From assembly GCA_964549105.1 (NCBI GenBank), contig CAZJTZ010000014.1, positions 13,681 through 77,680 on the forward strand: 64,000 nucleotides of DNA. Reading direction: 5' to 3'. Every line of letters begins with the position of its first letter. Position 1 is the first letter of the stretch. The notes beneath the pieces are model-generated. The model searched no databases. It worked only from the letters and a program-made list of their open reading frames with translations, and was not told the DNA's origin. Of the stretch, positions 17,073 to 26,905 are shown in pieces. A program made the position numbers and the translations under genes. The stretch is from an uncultured Nitrospirales bacterium. Its GTDB lineage: Bacteria > Hydrogenedentota > Hydrogenedentia > Hydrogenedentales > Hydrogenedentaceae.

Positions 17073-17578
17073 CCGAAAATAGTCTGCATACATCCTTTTT
17101 ATTTACTACAAAGATTAAGAGAAAAATTTCTTGCTCTACTCAAAATGGCAAGGGGACTCGAGGCAAAAAGAGTAAGTGGAATGACAAAAATAGATACGGA
17201 AAATTTTTTTATAGCAACATAAAATTACTGATTTTAAATAAGTATATATCGAAAAAATAGGGTATAAGGTAGTGAGTTATCCAAAAGTCCTGTTTAAAAA
17301 TTGTGTACAAAACCAATGGCAATATGTGTTGATATATAGTTATCCTTTGTTTTTTTTGGGATAAGCAAAATTGCTTTAAATTGACTTTTTAGACGGGTCT
17401 TCTACATCGTTACTCTTTTATTGTTTTAACCATCCTTTCTTTGCAATTACCCCTTTATCATTTTAAATATACCTTCTTGTCATTTTAGACACCATCTTGT
17501 CTTCTCCGGTTGTTCGAGCGTAACGAGAAATCTTTTTCCTTATTTTTTGGTAGACAATATTTAGTCAAATCGTCTTTA

Positions 17579-18511
17579 TTACCCGATTACAAACTTAAAA
17601 TTTTTATCTACAAGCGGTTCTAAATCTTTTTTGTAAATAGGTGGTTCGTTTATCTCGTTTTTATGCTGTTCCCAAAATGTTTTCCATTCATTGAGAGTCT
17701 CGATTTTTTGATTATTTAATTCTACTTTCCATAAATCATTTAAGGCTTTTTTGCATGAGTTTACCACTTGTGGTTCTGGATGGTTAAGGTTTTCTATAAG
17801 AATAGGGGTAGCGGATTTCAAACCTATATAGGCAACGGCATAACAGGCTATAATACATACATCTATATCTGGGTCAACAAGTCCACGAACAATTGAATTA
17901 TAACTTTCTACATCTCTGGCACTTGCTAATAATTCTATTGCCTTGCTACGAATCATGGGGGCAGGGTCGTAAATTTTATCTCTTAAAATTTTGACTGTTT
18001 TATCTTTGTTTATTTTGAACATAATCTCTAAAATGTGAGGTGCCACCATTGGAGAAATGGATGGTAGATAATATTCAAGGTATGGATAAATGTCCATAGA
18101 TTTTTGTAGTTCTAATAATCCATTTTTTGCACTTACTCGTTGCATTTCTTCACCCCATTGTAGGCTACTCATCAATGCTTCAACTTGAGCGCGCTGGTCT
18201 TTATTGAGTCCCGTTTTTTCTGTCAATATTTTGTCTTTTTCTTCCCATTCTTTTTTCGCTTTTTCTAAATTAATCTCGCCTGTTTCGTCATTTTTTTCAA
18301 TCTTCTCAATCTCATTTTTTAGATATTTTAATGTATGAGAACCTGTTTTTATCGTATAAATACCGTTTGCTGATTCTTCAACAATTTTTCCGTTAAAAGT
18401 TACACCATTTTTAAGATAGAAAGTGTCCGAAAATGAATAGAAATTTAGTAAAGTAAAAAAACAGGTTGTTATAACTATAACAAATAATCTATGCACTTTT
18501 TCCCCTTTCAA
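17579..18511 (-). CDS. exported HEAT-repeat protein
   Basis: 310 aa with an N-terminal signal-like helix (LFVIVITTCFFTLLNFYSFS). The C-terminal half has HEAT-like units (PMIRSKAIELLASARDVESYNSIVRGLVDPDIDVCIIACYAVAYIG...LNHPEPQVVNSCKKAL). Last gene of the pseudopilin operon. Confidence 0.6.
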   Translation of the reverse strand: MKGEKVHRLFVIVITTCFFTLLNFYSFSDTFYLKNGVTFNGKIVEESANGIYTIKTGSHTLKYLKNEIEKIEKNDETGEINLEKAKKEWEEKDKILTEKTGLNKDQRAQVEALMSSLQWGEEMQRVSAKNGLLELQKSMDIYPYLEYYLPSISPMVAPHILEIMFKINKDKTVKILRDKIYDPAPMIRSKAIELLASARDVESYNSIVRGLVDPDIDVCIIACYAVAYIGLKSATPILIENLNHPEPQVVNSCKKALNDLWKVELNNQKIETLNEWKTFWEQHKNEINEPPIYKKDLEPLVDKNFKFVIG

Positions 18512-18535
18512 AACAAAAGTTCATTGTTTATCTAC

Positions 18536-20866
18536 TTATTGAAAATAGAAGGCAATTTTTCTATAACTTACTACATTCGGGTCGGTAATTTCTAAGAATC
18601 TTCTTACCCGCGGGTCATAATACATGTTTAAACCAATGCCTACTCCGTTATCAGCCGGAATGAACACACCCAGGTCAGCGGCAACAACTCCGCCACGAAT
18701 AATCATTTTTCCATAAGTATTGGAATTATGTCTTGCCCGACTTCTAACAATACACCAGATTGAGTTGTTGCTATAAAGTAAGCCATCAAACTGAAAAGGC
18801 CTTCCAGAAGAAGGACGGGTTAATTCATCGTTAAACCATATATGCCTCAATATGTCTTCACTAATCCAGTTCTGATTGGGATTGCAATAGTGATAAGTTG
18901 CTCTATTTAAAATTTCAAGAGGTAATCCTTTTTGGACCAAATAATTGCTTAATAGTTTTACTCCTGCATCATTATATTTTACTGCATGTTCATCAGTAGC
19001 GTCATAGATGTAAATTTTATCTGGCTGACTTGCTCGAAGTCCATAAAACCTTGGGGTATAACTTGAGTCTGCTAATGCTTTTTGTAGTTCCATGCGATTA
19101 AATAGCATTAATTCGGATGTAGTAAAACTGTATTGTTGACCTTTTCTTCCTGATACAGTTTGCCCTGCATCAACAGAATCAGGGTCAAAATATCCCCATT
19201 TAAGGGTCTCTGTCTTCTTGTTAATAGTCACTGAATTTGATTTATGGGCTTCTCTTGCATGGATACTATACTGGTCCCATTGTGGAAATTTTTCGCTATC
19301 CCTTGCACTATGATTGACACCACGCACAGTTAAATAATCACCCATCATAATACTTCCGCCTGCTACAAGAGCAAAAGCATTGGTTGTGCCATCATCGGCT
19401 TTTCCAAACTCACCGGGAGCGTCATCATAGGTTACATCACCAACAACATATACATTACCTCTAACTAATAATTGCCCTTCTCCACGAACTTTCCCTGCAA
19501 TGACCAAATCACCGTCCACAGCCACCGTTCGTTCTATTTGAATAGGGTCCTGTTCAGTTCCGATAAGTATAAGATTGCCATTATAAATACCTTCATTTGA
19601 CAGACTTGTTAAGGCAGAATTAGATGTAGTCGGAAGAGGATTGTTTATATCTGAGGGTGTATACAAAGAACCTTTAGGAACACCATAAGCGACTCCAGAG
19701 GTTATTTGCCCGCCTGGAGGAGCTTCCCCTTCCATTATTGAATTTTCAAAACTAATACTTCCATTAGCCGTGTTCAAAACTATCTCAAATTCTTCATCAT
19801 CTACAATACGGTTATTATTATCATCAGGGAAGGGAGCAGGAAAATTATTAGGCACTAAGCCATCTGTTTGTGCTTGCTCATTAAGTGGGTAGTTCATATA
19901 AAGATTAGAAAATTGAACAAGGTCGCCATTTGGGGTTGTTCCCGCATTTTGTAAATTAGTAATAGTCATTTGCCCAGAAGGATTTTGAACAATCTTTCCA
20001 TTTGTATTGTTAATCCGATACGCTTTTAGTGTGGAACTTTGAAGTTGGCTTGCGCTAAATTGTGTTCCATCAGGCTTATATACTCTACCCCGGGTATATA
20101 GAGTTCCTGCGACACGACTATCTGCTTCATCCGGGCGTACTAACATAGATTCAAGTGAAGCCACCTTTATACGGTCAAAAGTATTGTAATTGGCAGGGTC
20201 ATTATTTCTATATAGATTGAGAGACTGAAATTCAGCATGGCAAAGAATACAACTTATATTGTTTGCTAACACGGCAAACTCAGTGTGTGGACTTACTCTT
20301 CCACCGATGTTAACTATTTGAACGGCAGTTTTTGTAATTCCATTTCGCTCTGCCGTTGATGTTATAGTTAAAAAGGAACGACTCCATTCGTCGTATCTTG
20401 CAATGTGAACGCTGTCAATTTGTGCAATTTCCTGATTGTTAGATGGGTCACGAAATACGAAAGGCTCAGCCAACAAAGCCCAACCTCGACGGTCATATCC
20501 TGTGGGATATGTCTCAAATACACCATTTCCATTACCAGTCTCATCTGTGTCTTTTGTTCCATTAAAGTTTAAATCTTCATTGATTGGAATGCTTAAAGAA
20601 TTATCAAGGTAATAACGGTAGGAAGCCCAATTCCGTGTCGTGTTTCCACTGGTTTCCAGATAATCATCCCAGAGTCTTTTTATGGCAAGGTCAATCCCCG
20701 ATTGTGCCGCTTCACGCAGAATAATATCATCAGCAGAAAAATCTGTTTCTCTCTTGTTATTGATAACCGTTGAAATAACAAAACCGATTGCTCCTAAAAT
20801 AACGATAGTTGCTATTGTTGAAAAGATAAGAGCAATTCCAGAGTTCTTTTTCCGAAGAATACTCAT
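18536..20866 (-). CDS. large PilX-N/GspK-like minor pseudopilin-associated protein
   Basis: 776 aa. The N-terminus MSILRKKNSGIALIFSTIATIVILGAIGFVISTV fits the PilX_N/GspK-type anchor (no G-F-T-L-I-E cleavage motif). It is third in a pseudopilin operon. The rest has no family I recognise. It contains one CxxCH (CILCH, nt 20237-20251) and a bactofilin-like stretch GDLVIAGKVRGEGQLLVRGNVYVVGDVTY. Confidence 0.55.
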   Translation of the reverse strand: MSILRKKNSGIALIFSTIATIVILGAIGFVISTVINNKRETDFSADDIILREAAQSGIDLAIKRLWDDYLETSGNTTRNWASYRYYLDNSLSIPINEDLNFNGTKDTDETGNGNGVFETYPTGYDRRGWALLAEPFVFRDPSNNQEIAQIDSVHIARYDEWSRSFLTITSTAERNGITKTAVQIVNIGGRVSPHTEFAVLANNISCILCHAEFQSLNLYRNNDPANYNTFDRIKVASLESMLVRPDEADSRVAGTLYTRGRVYKPDGTQFSASQLQSSTLKAYRINNTNGKIVQNPSGQMTITNLQNAGTTPNGDLVQFSNLYMNYPLNEQAQTDGLVPNNFPAPFPDDNNNRIVDDEEFEIVLNTANGSISFENSIMEGEAPPGGQITSGVAYGVPKGSLYTPSDINNPLPTTSNSALTSLSNEGIYNGNLILIGTEQDPIQIERTVAVDGDLVIAGKVRGEGQLLVRGNVYVVGDVTYDDAPGEFGKADDGTTNAFALVAGGSIMMGDYLTVRGVNHSARDSEKFPQWDQYSIHAREAHKSNSVTINKKTETLKWGYFDPDSVDAGQTVSGRKGQQYSFTTSELMLFNRMELQKALADSSYTPRFYGLRASQPDKIYIYDATDEHAVKYNDAGVKLLSNYLVQKGLPLEILNRATYHYCNPNQNWISEDILRHIWFNDELTRPSSGRPFQFDGLLYSNNSIWCIVRSRARHNSNTYGKMIIRGGVVAADLGVFIPADNGVGIGLNMYYDPRVRRFLEITDPNVVSYRKIAFYFQ

Positions 20867-20876
20867 AACCTATCTC

Positions 20877-21533
20877 CTAATTTTCTAATTTTATTGTTCC
20901 TGATAGTTCAGCACGAATTAATGGCCCCATGCCGGGTCCCATGCGTTTTGTCCCCTCCAAATAGACATAAAGAACTGTTGGCTGGTCAGAATCATTGCTG
21001 CGGTCAGGTAACAACTGGAATTCTACACGACTAATGCAATTTGCACTTCCTAGAACCCTCCGATTATTTCCTTGTATCATTACTAATCTACGGGTTAACG
21101 CTCTATCGTTGTTTGTATCTTCACCGCTATCAAGAACAGCATTAGGAGGATTTCCTACAGAAGAATGGTCTTCATTCTCATACATAATAGTTATGGGCTG
21201 GGATGCTTGAATAAGAGCAGGGGTATTTACAGGGACAGGTATAAAAAATCGTATGGAGCGTCCTTCGTTTTGCACCTGAATTGGCTCTACACCATTAGGA
21301 GCCGTAGGAGGGGTAACATTAGTGGACTCGACAGTATAAGCCTGTTTAACAACATCTGAAAGTTCGTTAAAAGTATCTCGAAGAGCTGAATCAATTTCAT
21401 TTTGAGCATAAGCAAGAGAAGAAGATTTTACAGATGACTCTAACGCTATGAAACTTAGTAAGGAAATAATGCCCAATAAAGCGACTGAAATAGTCATTTC
21501 AATTAGAGTAAAACCTGAGTAACTTTTTTTCAT
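20877..21533 (-). CDS. prepilin-type N-terminal cleavage/methylation domain protein (GspJ-like minor pseudopilin)
   Basis: Track ORF 20877..21611 trimmed to ATG 21533 (MKKSYSGFTLIEMTISVALLGIISLL), the class III signal motif G/FTLIE. The trimmed start removes the overlap with the upstream gene, which ends at 21548. Confidence 0.8.
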   Translation of the reverse strand: MKKSYSGFTLIEMTISVALLGIISLLSFIALESSVKSSSLAYAQNEIDSALRDTFNELSDVVKQAYTVESTNVTPPTAPNGVEPIQVQNEGRSIRFFIPVPVNTPALIQASQPITIMYENEDHSSVGNPPNAVLDSGEDTNNDRALTRRLVMIQGNNRRVLGSANCISRVEFQLLPDRSNDSDQPTVLYVYLEGTKRMGPGMGPLIRAELSGTIKLEN

Positions 21534-21547
21534 ATAAAAATCCTCAA

Positions 21548-22018
21548 TTATCTCGATGTTAAAATGGTTGCTATTGTATCTCGGAGTGTATACCCACGGG
21601 AAGATGTCCATGTAGCCGTTACAAATACTTGAACAGGGTTATCTGTACCTCCTGCTTCTTCCCCTTGCATGTCTCTGCATTCTACATCAATTTGCAAATC
21701 AGGTATAGCAATAGGATGTTCTTCGGTTGTTACTATAGACAACCATTCGGAAGAAGTTCTCCCATTTATCCATGAATAAAACCCGTCCCAATTAAATTCA
21801 TCAGCACTTACAATAAAATCTTTTCTCTTTTCTCGAATTGCTTCTAATACAGCACGACAGGTATGCAATGTTTGAATTCTTTCTCTCTGAATTTGTAAAT
21901 TCGGATGAAAGGAAATTAATGAAACAGCCGTTACTCCAACCACAAAAGCAAAGATAGCAACTGCAATCATAATTTCTATAAGGGTGAACCCATTATATCG
22001 TTTGCCCTTTTTTACCAT
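21548..22018 (-). CDS. prepilin-type N-terminal cleavage/methylation domain protein (GspI/H-like minor pseudopilin)
   Basis: 156 aa. MVKKGKRYNGFTLIEIMIAVAIFAFVVGV is the canonical prepilin peptidase motif plus a hydrophobic helix. Confidence 0.8.
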   Translation of the reverse strand: MVKKGKRYNGFTLIEIMIAVAIFAFVVGVTAVSLISFHPNLQIQRERIQTLHTCRAVLEAIREKRKDFIVSADEFNWDGFYSWINGRTSSEWLSIVTTEEHPIAIPDLQIDVECRDMQGEEAGGTDNPVQVFVTATWTSSRGYTLRDTIATILTSR

Positions 22019-22227
22019 GTTTTTGTCCTTAAAACTATGTAAAATTTATTGTTCATCTTAAATTTTACTACATATTGTAAAATTATATCATATTTTTTTA
22101 ACAAATAATACAAAATAATATTAAATATTTCACGGATAATGTGTAATATTTCGCAATAAATGTTGTTAAAATTTTTTTAGCAAACGCAGGTGCATAGGTT
22201 GAGTAAAGGTTTTTTTAAGACACATTA

Positions 22228-23400
22228 TTATTGTTTTTTTATAATATGTGCTCCATCAGAGGGCTGGGAGATAATACATGAGGCTTTTATGCCTGTTTGT
22301 TCGTGATATTTTTCTATGAGGATATTAATAAAATTTTCTATTTGTGATTTTTCTACCAAATTGATAGTGCACCCCCCAAAACCTGCTCCTGTCATTCTTG
22401 CCCCATTACATCCCTCTATATTTCGTGCTATGTCAGTAATTACTTCAAGTTCGTGATTTGTAACCTCATAATATTTTTGTAAACTGAAATCAGATTCGTT
22501 AAGTAGTTCACTGACCTTTTGAATATCTCCCGATTTTAATGCCTCGACACAGGATAAAACACGATTATTCTCTGTCAAGACATGATAAGCCCGTTTATAG
22601 GGGACAGGATTCATTTTTTCTTTTATTTGAGTTAACTCCTCAACAGTAAAATCTCTTAGGTGGGTAGCATTTTTTCTGTAAAAAGAATTTAGTGTTTTTA
22701 GTGATTCTTCACATTCTGCAACACGCTCATTATATTTAGAACCCGTGAGTCCCCTTGGACAGTTTGTATTTGCAATTACAAAAGTGTAGTTGGGTAAGTC
22801 AATAGGCACTAACTCATAATTTAAGTTTCGACAATCTAAAAATAAGGCATGTCCTTTTTTGCCACATCTGGATATAAATTGGTCCATAATACCGGATTTC
22901 AGTCCAAGAAACTCATTCTCTACTCGCTGTCCCAATTTTGCAGATTCAGAGTCATCCAATACAAAACATCCTAATCCCTCAAACAATTTTAATGCAGCCA
23001 TTTCAAGTGCTGCAGAACTACTCAAACCACATCCTATTGGAATATCTCCATATATTACACCATCAACGCCTGGAAAAGACCGTCCTAATTTTTTGAGTTC
23101 ATAAGATACGCCCATAATATAATTCATCCAGGGTTCCAGAGGATTGAGAGCAGGATAATTAAAGTCTGCAATACTTTGACGATTCATATTGAGTGAATAA
23201 AAATTTAGTAACGAATCGTTCCTTTTCCTACCCGCTATATAGACGCTTTGCTCTAATGCCATGGGAAGGACATAACCGTGATTATAGTCGGTATGTTCTC
23301 CTATGATATTTACTCTACCTGGTGCTTTGACAATTATTTCTGGCTCTGTTTTGAAAAAAAATCTAAACTGTTTCTCTATATTTTCAACAATCTCTTGCAT
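22228..23400 (-). CDS. galK: galactokinase
   Basis: 390 aa. Galactokinase signature GRVNIIGEHTDYNHGYVLPMA; GHMP ATP-binding motif PIGCGLSSSAALE; C-terminal MTGAGFGGCTINLV. Confidence 0.92.
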   Translation of the reverse strand: MQEIVENIEKQFRFFFKTEPEIIVKAPGRVNIIGEHTDYNHGYVLPMALEQSVYIAGRKRNDSLLNFYSLNMNRQSIADFNYPALNPLEPWMNYIMGVSYELKKLGRSFPGVDGVIYGDIPIGCGLSSSAALEMAALKLFEGLGCFVLDDSESAKLGQRVENEFLGLKSGIMDQFISRCGKKGHALFLDCRNLNYELVPIDLPNYTFVIANTNCPRGLTGSKYNERVAECEESLKTLNSFYRKNATHLRDFTVEELTQIKEKMNPVPYKRAYHVLTENNRVLSCVEALKSGDIQKVSELLNESDFSLQKYYEVTNHELEVITDIARNIEGCNGARMTGAGFGGCTINLVEKSQIENFINILIEKYHEQTGIKASCIISQPSDGAHIIKKQ

Positions 23401-23438
23401 CTTTTTATGACTCCTGACAGATTTTAGGTAAGTAGTGA

Positions 23439-24545
23439 TTAAATAATAACTTGTTCTGTTGTGGGGTCAAACAAATGGATTTTTTCAATATCCATATCCA
23501 CCACAAAGGGTTTTCCAATAGGAGGTTCGTTATCCATCTTTACCCGTGCTGTAATTGTGGTTGTTCCTGTATTTAAGTAAAGATTCATTTCTGCTCCTGT
23601 TGGTTCTACAACTTCAATATTGGCAGAGATAGAAACACCTTCTTTGGGTATCTGGTTCAGATTGTGAGAAATGTCTTCGGGTCTTATGCCCAGAATTATT
23701 TGTTTGTTTATAAAGTCTTTTAAGTATTTTTGCATTGTTTCGACTATCTTTATTTCAATACTCTCTTCTTGTTTAGAAAAATATAAATTTCCATTTTTTT
23801 CTGTTATTATCCCTTCAATTATGTTCATTGGTGGACTCCCAATGAAACCTGCTACAAATTTATTCATGGGTCTATGATACAATTCGAGTGGAGTCCCAAC
23901 CTGTTGAACCTTTCCGTTGCTCATTACCACAATACGGTCGCCCATAGTCATGGCTTCTATCTGGTCGTGAGTAACATAAATTATGGTGGCTTTTAGTTGA
24001 TGGTGTAATTTCGATATCTCTGCTCGCATCTGGACACGCATTTTTGCATCCAGATTGGACAGGGGTTCATCAAAAAGAAAAACCTTGGGGTTTCGGACTA
24101 TTGCTCTTCCTACGGCTACTCTCTGTCGTTGACCACCGGAAAGAACTCGAGGTTTAGCATCAAGATAGTCTGTTAAACCCAGTATTTCTGCTGATTCTCG
24201 CACTCTTTTATCAATTTCTTGTTTTGAAATTCCTCTTAACATTAATCCAAATGCCATGTTTTTATAAACTGTCATGTGGGGATAGAGGGCGTAATTCTGA
24301 AAAACCATAGCAATATCCCGGTCTTTGGGATGAACATGGTTTACCCATTTTCCGTCAATATAAATATCACCTGAACTTATCTCCTCTAAACCGGCTACCA
24401 TTCGTAATGTAGTGGTTTTTCCACAGCCCGAGGGACCTACCAGCACCACAAACTCTTTATCCTTGATGGTAAGGTTTACATCTTTTACTGCCACAAGACC
24501 ATTGGAATATATTTTCGTCAGTTGTTTTAATTCAACCTGTGCCAT
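23439..24545 (-). CDS. sugar-type ABC transporter ATP-binding protein (MalK/UgpC/MsmK-like)
   Basis: 368 aa. Walker [11 protein letters not shown]-loop, signature [14 protein letters not shown], Walker [14 protein letters not shown]-loop YVTHD, and a C-terminal TOBE-like regulatory domain. No permease or binding-protein genes in the window. Confidence 0.9.
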   Translation of the reverse strand: MAQVELKQLTKIYSNGLVAVKDVNLTIKDKEFVVLVGPSGCGKTTTLRMVAGLEEISSGDIYIDGKWVNHVHPKDRDIAMVFQNYALYPHMTVYKNMAFGLMLRGISKQEIDKRVRESAEILGLTDYLDAKPRVLSGGQRQRVAVGRAIVRNPKVFLFDEPLSNLDAKMRVQMRAEISKLHHQLKATIIYVTHDQIEAMTMGDRIVVMSNGKVQQVGTPLELYHRPMNKFVAGFIGSPPMNIIEGIITEKNGNLYFSKQEESIEIKIVETMQKYLKDFINKQIILGIRPEDISHNLNQIPKEGVSISANIEVVEPTGAEMNLYLNTGTTTITARVKMDNEPPIGKPFVVDMDIEKIHLFDPTTEQVII

Positions 24546-24595
24546 TAGTATTTTTCCTGCTTAAACATAAATAAGGTATATGTATACAAACTTTT

Positions 24596-25333
24596 TTATA
24601 TTGTATTTTGTTTTATGTCATTAATTAAACTTTTGCGAAAATCTTCAGGTATGTTGGTGTTGTCAATTATATAAGTGGTTATAATTTGTTTCAAAATATC
24701 TATTCCATTAAAGGTGTCAAAGCCCGTTTTCCCCTGAGAAGTAAAGATGTTAGATTTGCTAATCTCAAACTTTTGAGGTTCAAGATTTTGTGTAATAATA
24801 ATATTTACTTTATCAATCTTTATTGAATCTGTTCTTAACAAAAATGAATTCTTTTTATTCTGAGCCTGTTTTTGAAAAATATTAAACAAAGTTCCTATAT
24901 TTGTTCCTTTACCTGGAATGTAATATAGGTTAAAGGTTAAATCTCTAAAATATAATTTATAACATAAGTTAAAGGTAGGGGAGATGGAAGACTTAACTTG
25001 TACAAGACTTGATTGAATTAGCGATTCTTCAGGGAAGCCTTCAGGATTTTTTATATGTAAATTTTGAAAGATGAGTGAAAAGTCCCAAAAATTTAGATTG
25101 CTGTGTTCAAAGTAGATGTTTGTTTCTAAATTGTTAGATAAAGCATTATTTATAATTCTGCTTAATAAATAATCCCTTGTTGGGTGGAGGATAAGTATTC
25201 CGATACAAAAAAGAACAAGTAAAATGCCCAGAATTTTTAAGAAAAATGAAAAAAACTGTTTGGGGGTAGTTTTAACTTGTTTTTTTCTTTTTGAGGCTTT
25301 CTTTTTCGTTTTATTGCTATTAGAATCAGTCAA
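24596..25333 (-). CDS. hypothetical membrane-anchored protein (Lys-rich N-terminus, one TM; weak AsmA/DUF748-like feel)
   Basis: 245 aa. TTG start at 25333 overlaps the upstream stop by 8 nt. TM helix FFSFFLKILGILLVLFCIGILIL. No confident family. Confidence 0.45.
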   Translation of the reverse strand: MTDSNSNKTKKKASKRKKQVKTTPKQFFSFFLKILGILLVLFCIGILILHPTRDYLLSRIINNALSNNLETNIYFEHSNLNFWDFSLIFQNLHIKNPEGFPEESLIQSSLVQVKSSISPTFNLCYKLYFRDLTFNLYYIPGKGTNIGTLFNIFQKQAQNKKNSFLLRTDSIKIDKVNIIITQNLEPQKFEISKSNIFTSQGKTGFDTFNGIDILKQIITTYIIDNTNIPEDFRKSLINDIKQNTI

Positions 25334-26051
25334 AGGTGTGAGTCCAGTTTAACACCTTTTTGTGCAAGGATTTTTCTTTTTGCTTCAGACTTTCATGACT
25401 ATCTTTTAACCTCATAGATAATGGGACTTCCACGGGCATTTGTTTTGGACTCCAGGAGAAACAAAAAGTTGTATCAAAACCATCTAAAATAAGAAATACC
25501 CGGGTATTTTGCAGTCCCTCTTTTGGAACAAGGATTTCCTGAGCACTACAAGGAAAGGTAAGTGTTATCTTCCTCTTAAATTTTCGAAGTGTCCCTAAAG
25601 GAGTTTCCTCTAATGATTTGTCCACAATGATTTGGATAGGGTGAATTTCTGTATTTTCATTTAATACCATATAAGTATTAAAACCTCGCAAACTCACACA
25701 GTCATAAGCAATACTCATATCTTGAAATGAAGAAGCCAGAACAATATCAATAGTCAATTGGCGAGAAGAAGATGTGGAATCAGTTATTACCCAGGTCGCC
25801 TGACTTTCTGAACTAAAAATCTTTGGATATGGACCTTTCAAACATTGAATTGTAGAAACAGGGTTCTCTGGAACAAAAGGAATTAATTCTCCCGCAGTAA
25901 CCTTTTCTTCTTTACCTTTCTTTTCGGCAGTGGTTTTACACCCATTAGTAGTTATAAGTAAAAAAAATACAGAAAAACAAAAAAGAATAATTAATAGTAT
26001 CTTTTTTAACGGAATATCATGGAAACCACAATTAAATATATTTTTAACCAT
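25326..26051 (-). CDS. hypothetical exported protein, possible lipoprotein
   Basis: 241 aa. Signal-like ILLIILFCFSVFFLLITTNGC, a possible non-canonical lipobox. No recognisable domain. Confidence 0.45.
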   Translation of the reverse strand: MVKNIFNCGFHDIPLKKILLIILFCFSVFFLLITTNGCKTTAEKKGKEEKVTAGELIPFVPENPVSTIQCLKGPYPKIFSSESQATWVITDSTSSSRQLTIDIVLASSFQDMSIAYDCVSLRGFNTYMVLNENTEIHPIQIIVDKSLEETPLGTLRKFKRKITLTFPCSAQEILVPKEGLQNTRVFLILDGFDTTFCFSWSPKQMPVEVPLSMRLKDSHESLKQKEKSLHKKVLNWTHTFD

Positions 26052-26145
26052 TATTTTATTGCTCTTGTATACTTTGTCGTTTCTTACTCTAATAATATTA
26101 ACAAATAAAACTTAAACTAAAAAAATAAACACCTTATTATTTGTT

Positions 26146-26892
26146 TTATGGATTATTTTTTGTTGATACATCTACTTGGGGTTTCTGTGCTTTTGGCTGA
26201 ATGTTTCTTTGTGTAGGCAAATCAAGTGCACTTTTACCTTCATCTCCACCTTTACCAAACTTAAACAAAATCATATCCCCTTCGTTCGTTGATAATTTAA
26301 CAAGACCCAGAGGTTTAACCTCATCATTGAGCCAGACTTCTTTAGATTTATTATTCTCTTCAATTCTATAATGTTTGGCTTTAATTTTCCCATTTTTATA
26401 TTCAACTTCTTTTTCGTCTATTAACTTTTTCTTAGAAGAATTATCCTGATTCATATTGACTTCGGGCATAGTGCTGGTATCTATGTTTTGTGGTGCATCT
26501 GCCCCTTCTCGTATAACTATTTTGTGAATCTTTTCTTTCCTATTAGAGTCATAAGATATTAAAAATCTGTATACAGAAGGAAAACCTTCTAATGGGATGA
26601 TTTCAGATTCCAGCCAGATTCCTGTTGTCTTTTCATCTATTTTTTCGATGTCAGTAATTGCCTGTCTTAATAAGACAGATGTATGAGTAGATTTATCTGT
26701 TATTTCATATATTGCCCAGACACCTGGCTCAGAAGAGATTAACTTACCTCTAAATAATTCTTCTATAAAACTTTGGGCAAAAGTTATAGGGGACAGTAAA
26801 AAGAGTATTAGAATAAAATAAAAAAAAGAAAGGATATGTTTGTTAAGGGGTAAAAACTGTTTTGTTCTTGTAAAAAAGAAGTCTTGTCTCAT
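26146..26892 (-). CDS. hypothetical exported protein
   Basis: Track ORF starts at TTG 26901; the first ATG is at 26892. Signal peptide ILSFFYFILILFLLSPITFAQ. Starts 4-13 nt after the stop of the GHKL ATPase gene. No recognisable domain. Confidence 0.45.
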   Translation of the reverse strand: MRQDFFFTRTKQFLPLNKHILSFFYFILILFLLSPITFAQSFIEELFRGKLISSEPGVWAIYEITDKSTHTSVLLRQAITDIEKIDEKTTGIWLESEIIPLEGFPSVYRFLISYDSNRKEKIHKIVIREGADAPQNIDTSTMPEVNMNQDNSSKKKLIDEKEVEYKNGKIKAKHYRIEENNKSKEVWLNDEVKPLGLVKLSTNEGDMILFKFGKGGDEGKSALDLPTQRNIQPKAQKPQVDVSTKNNP

Positions 26893-26905
26893 ATCATTCA
26901 AGAAT

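Noticed and set aside
20237-20251. CxxCH (CILCH) motif in the 776-aa PilX/GspK-like protein, as a possible c-type heme attachment site
   Set aside because: It is a single occurrence in a 776-aa protein, with no further heme motifs, no distal ligand context I can recognise, and no cytochrome maturation genes nearby. That is not enough to call a cytochrome. I mention it only under the operon finding.
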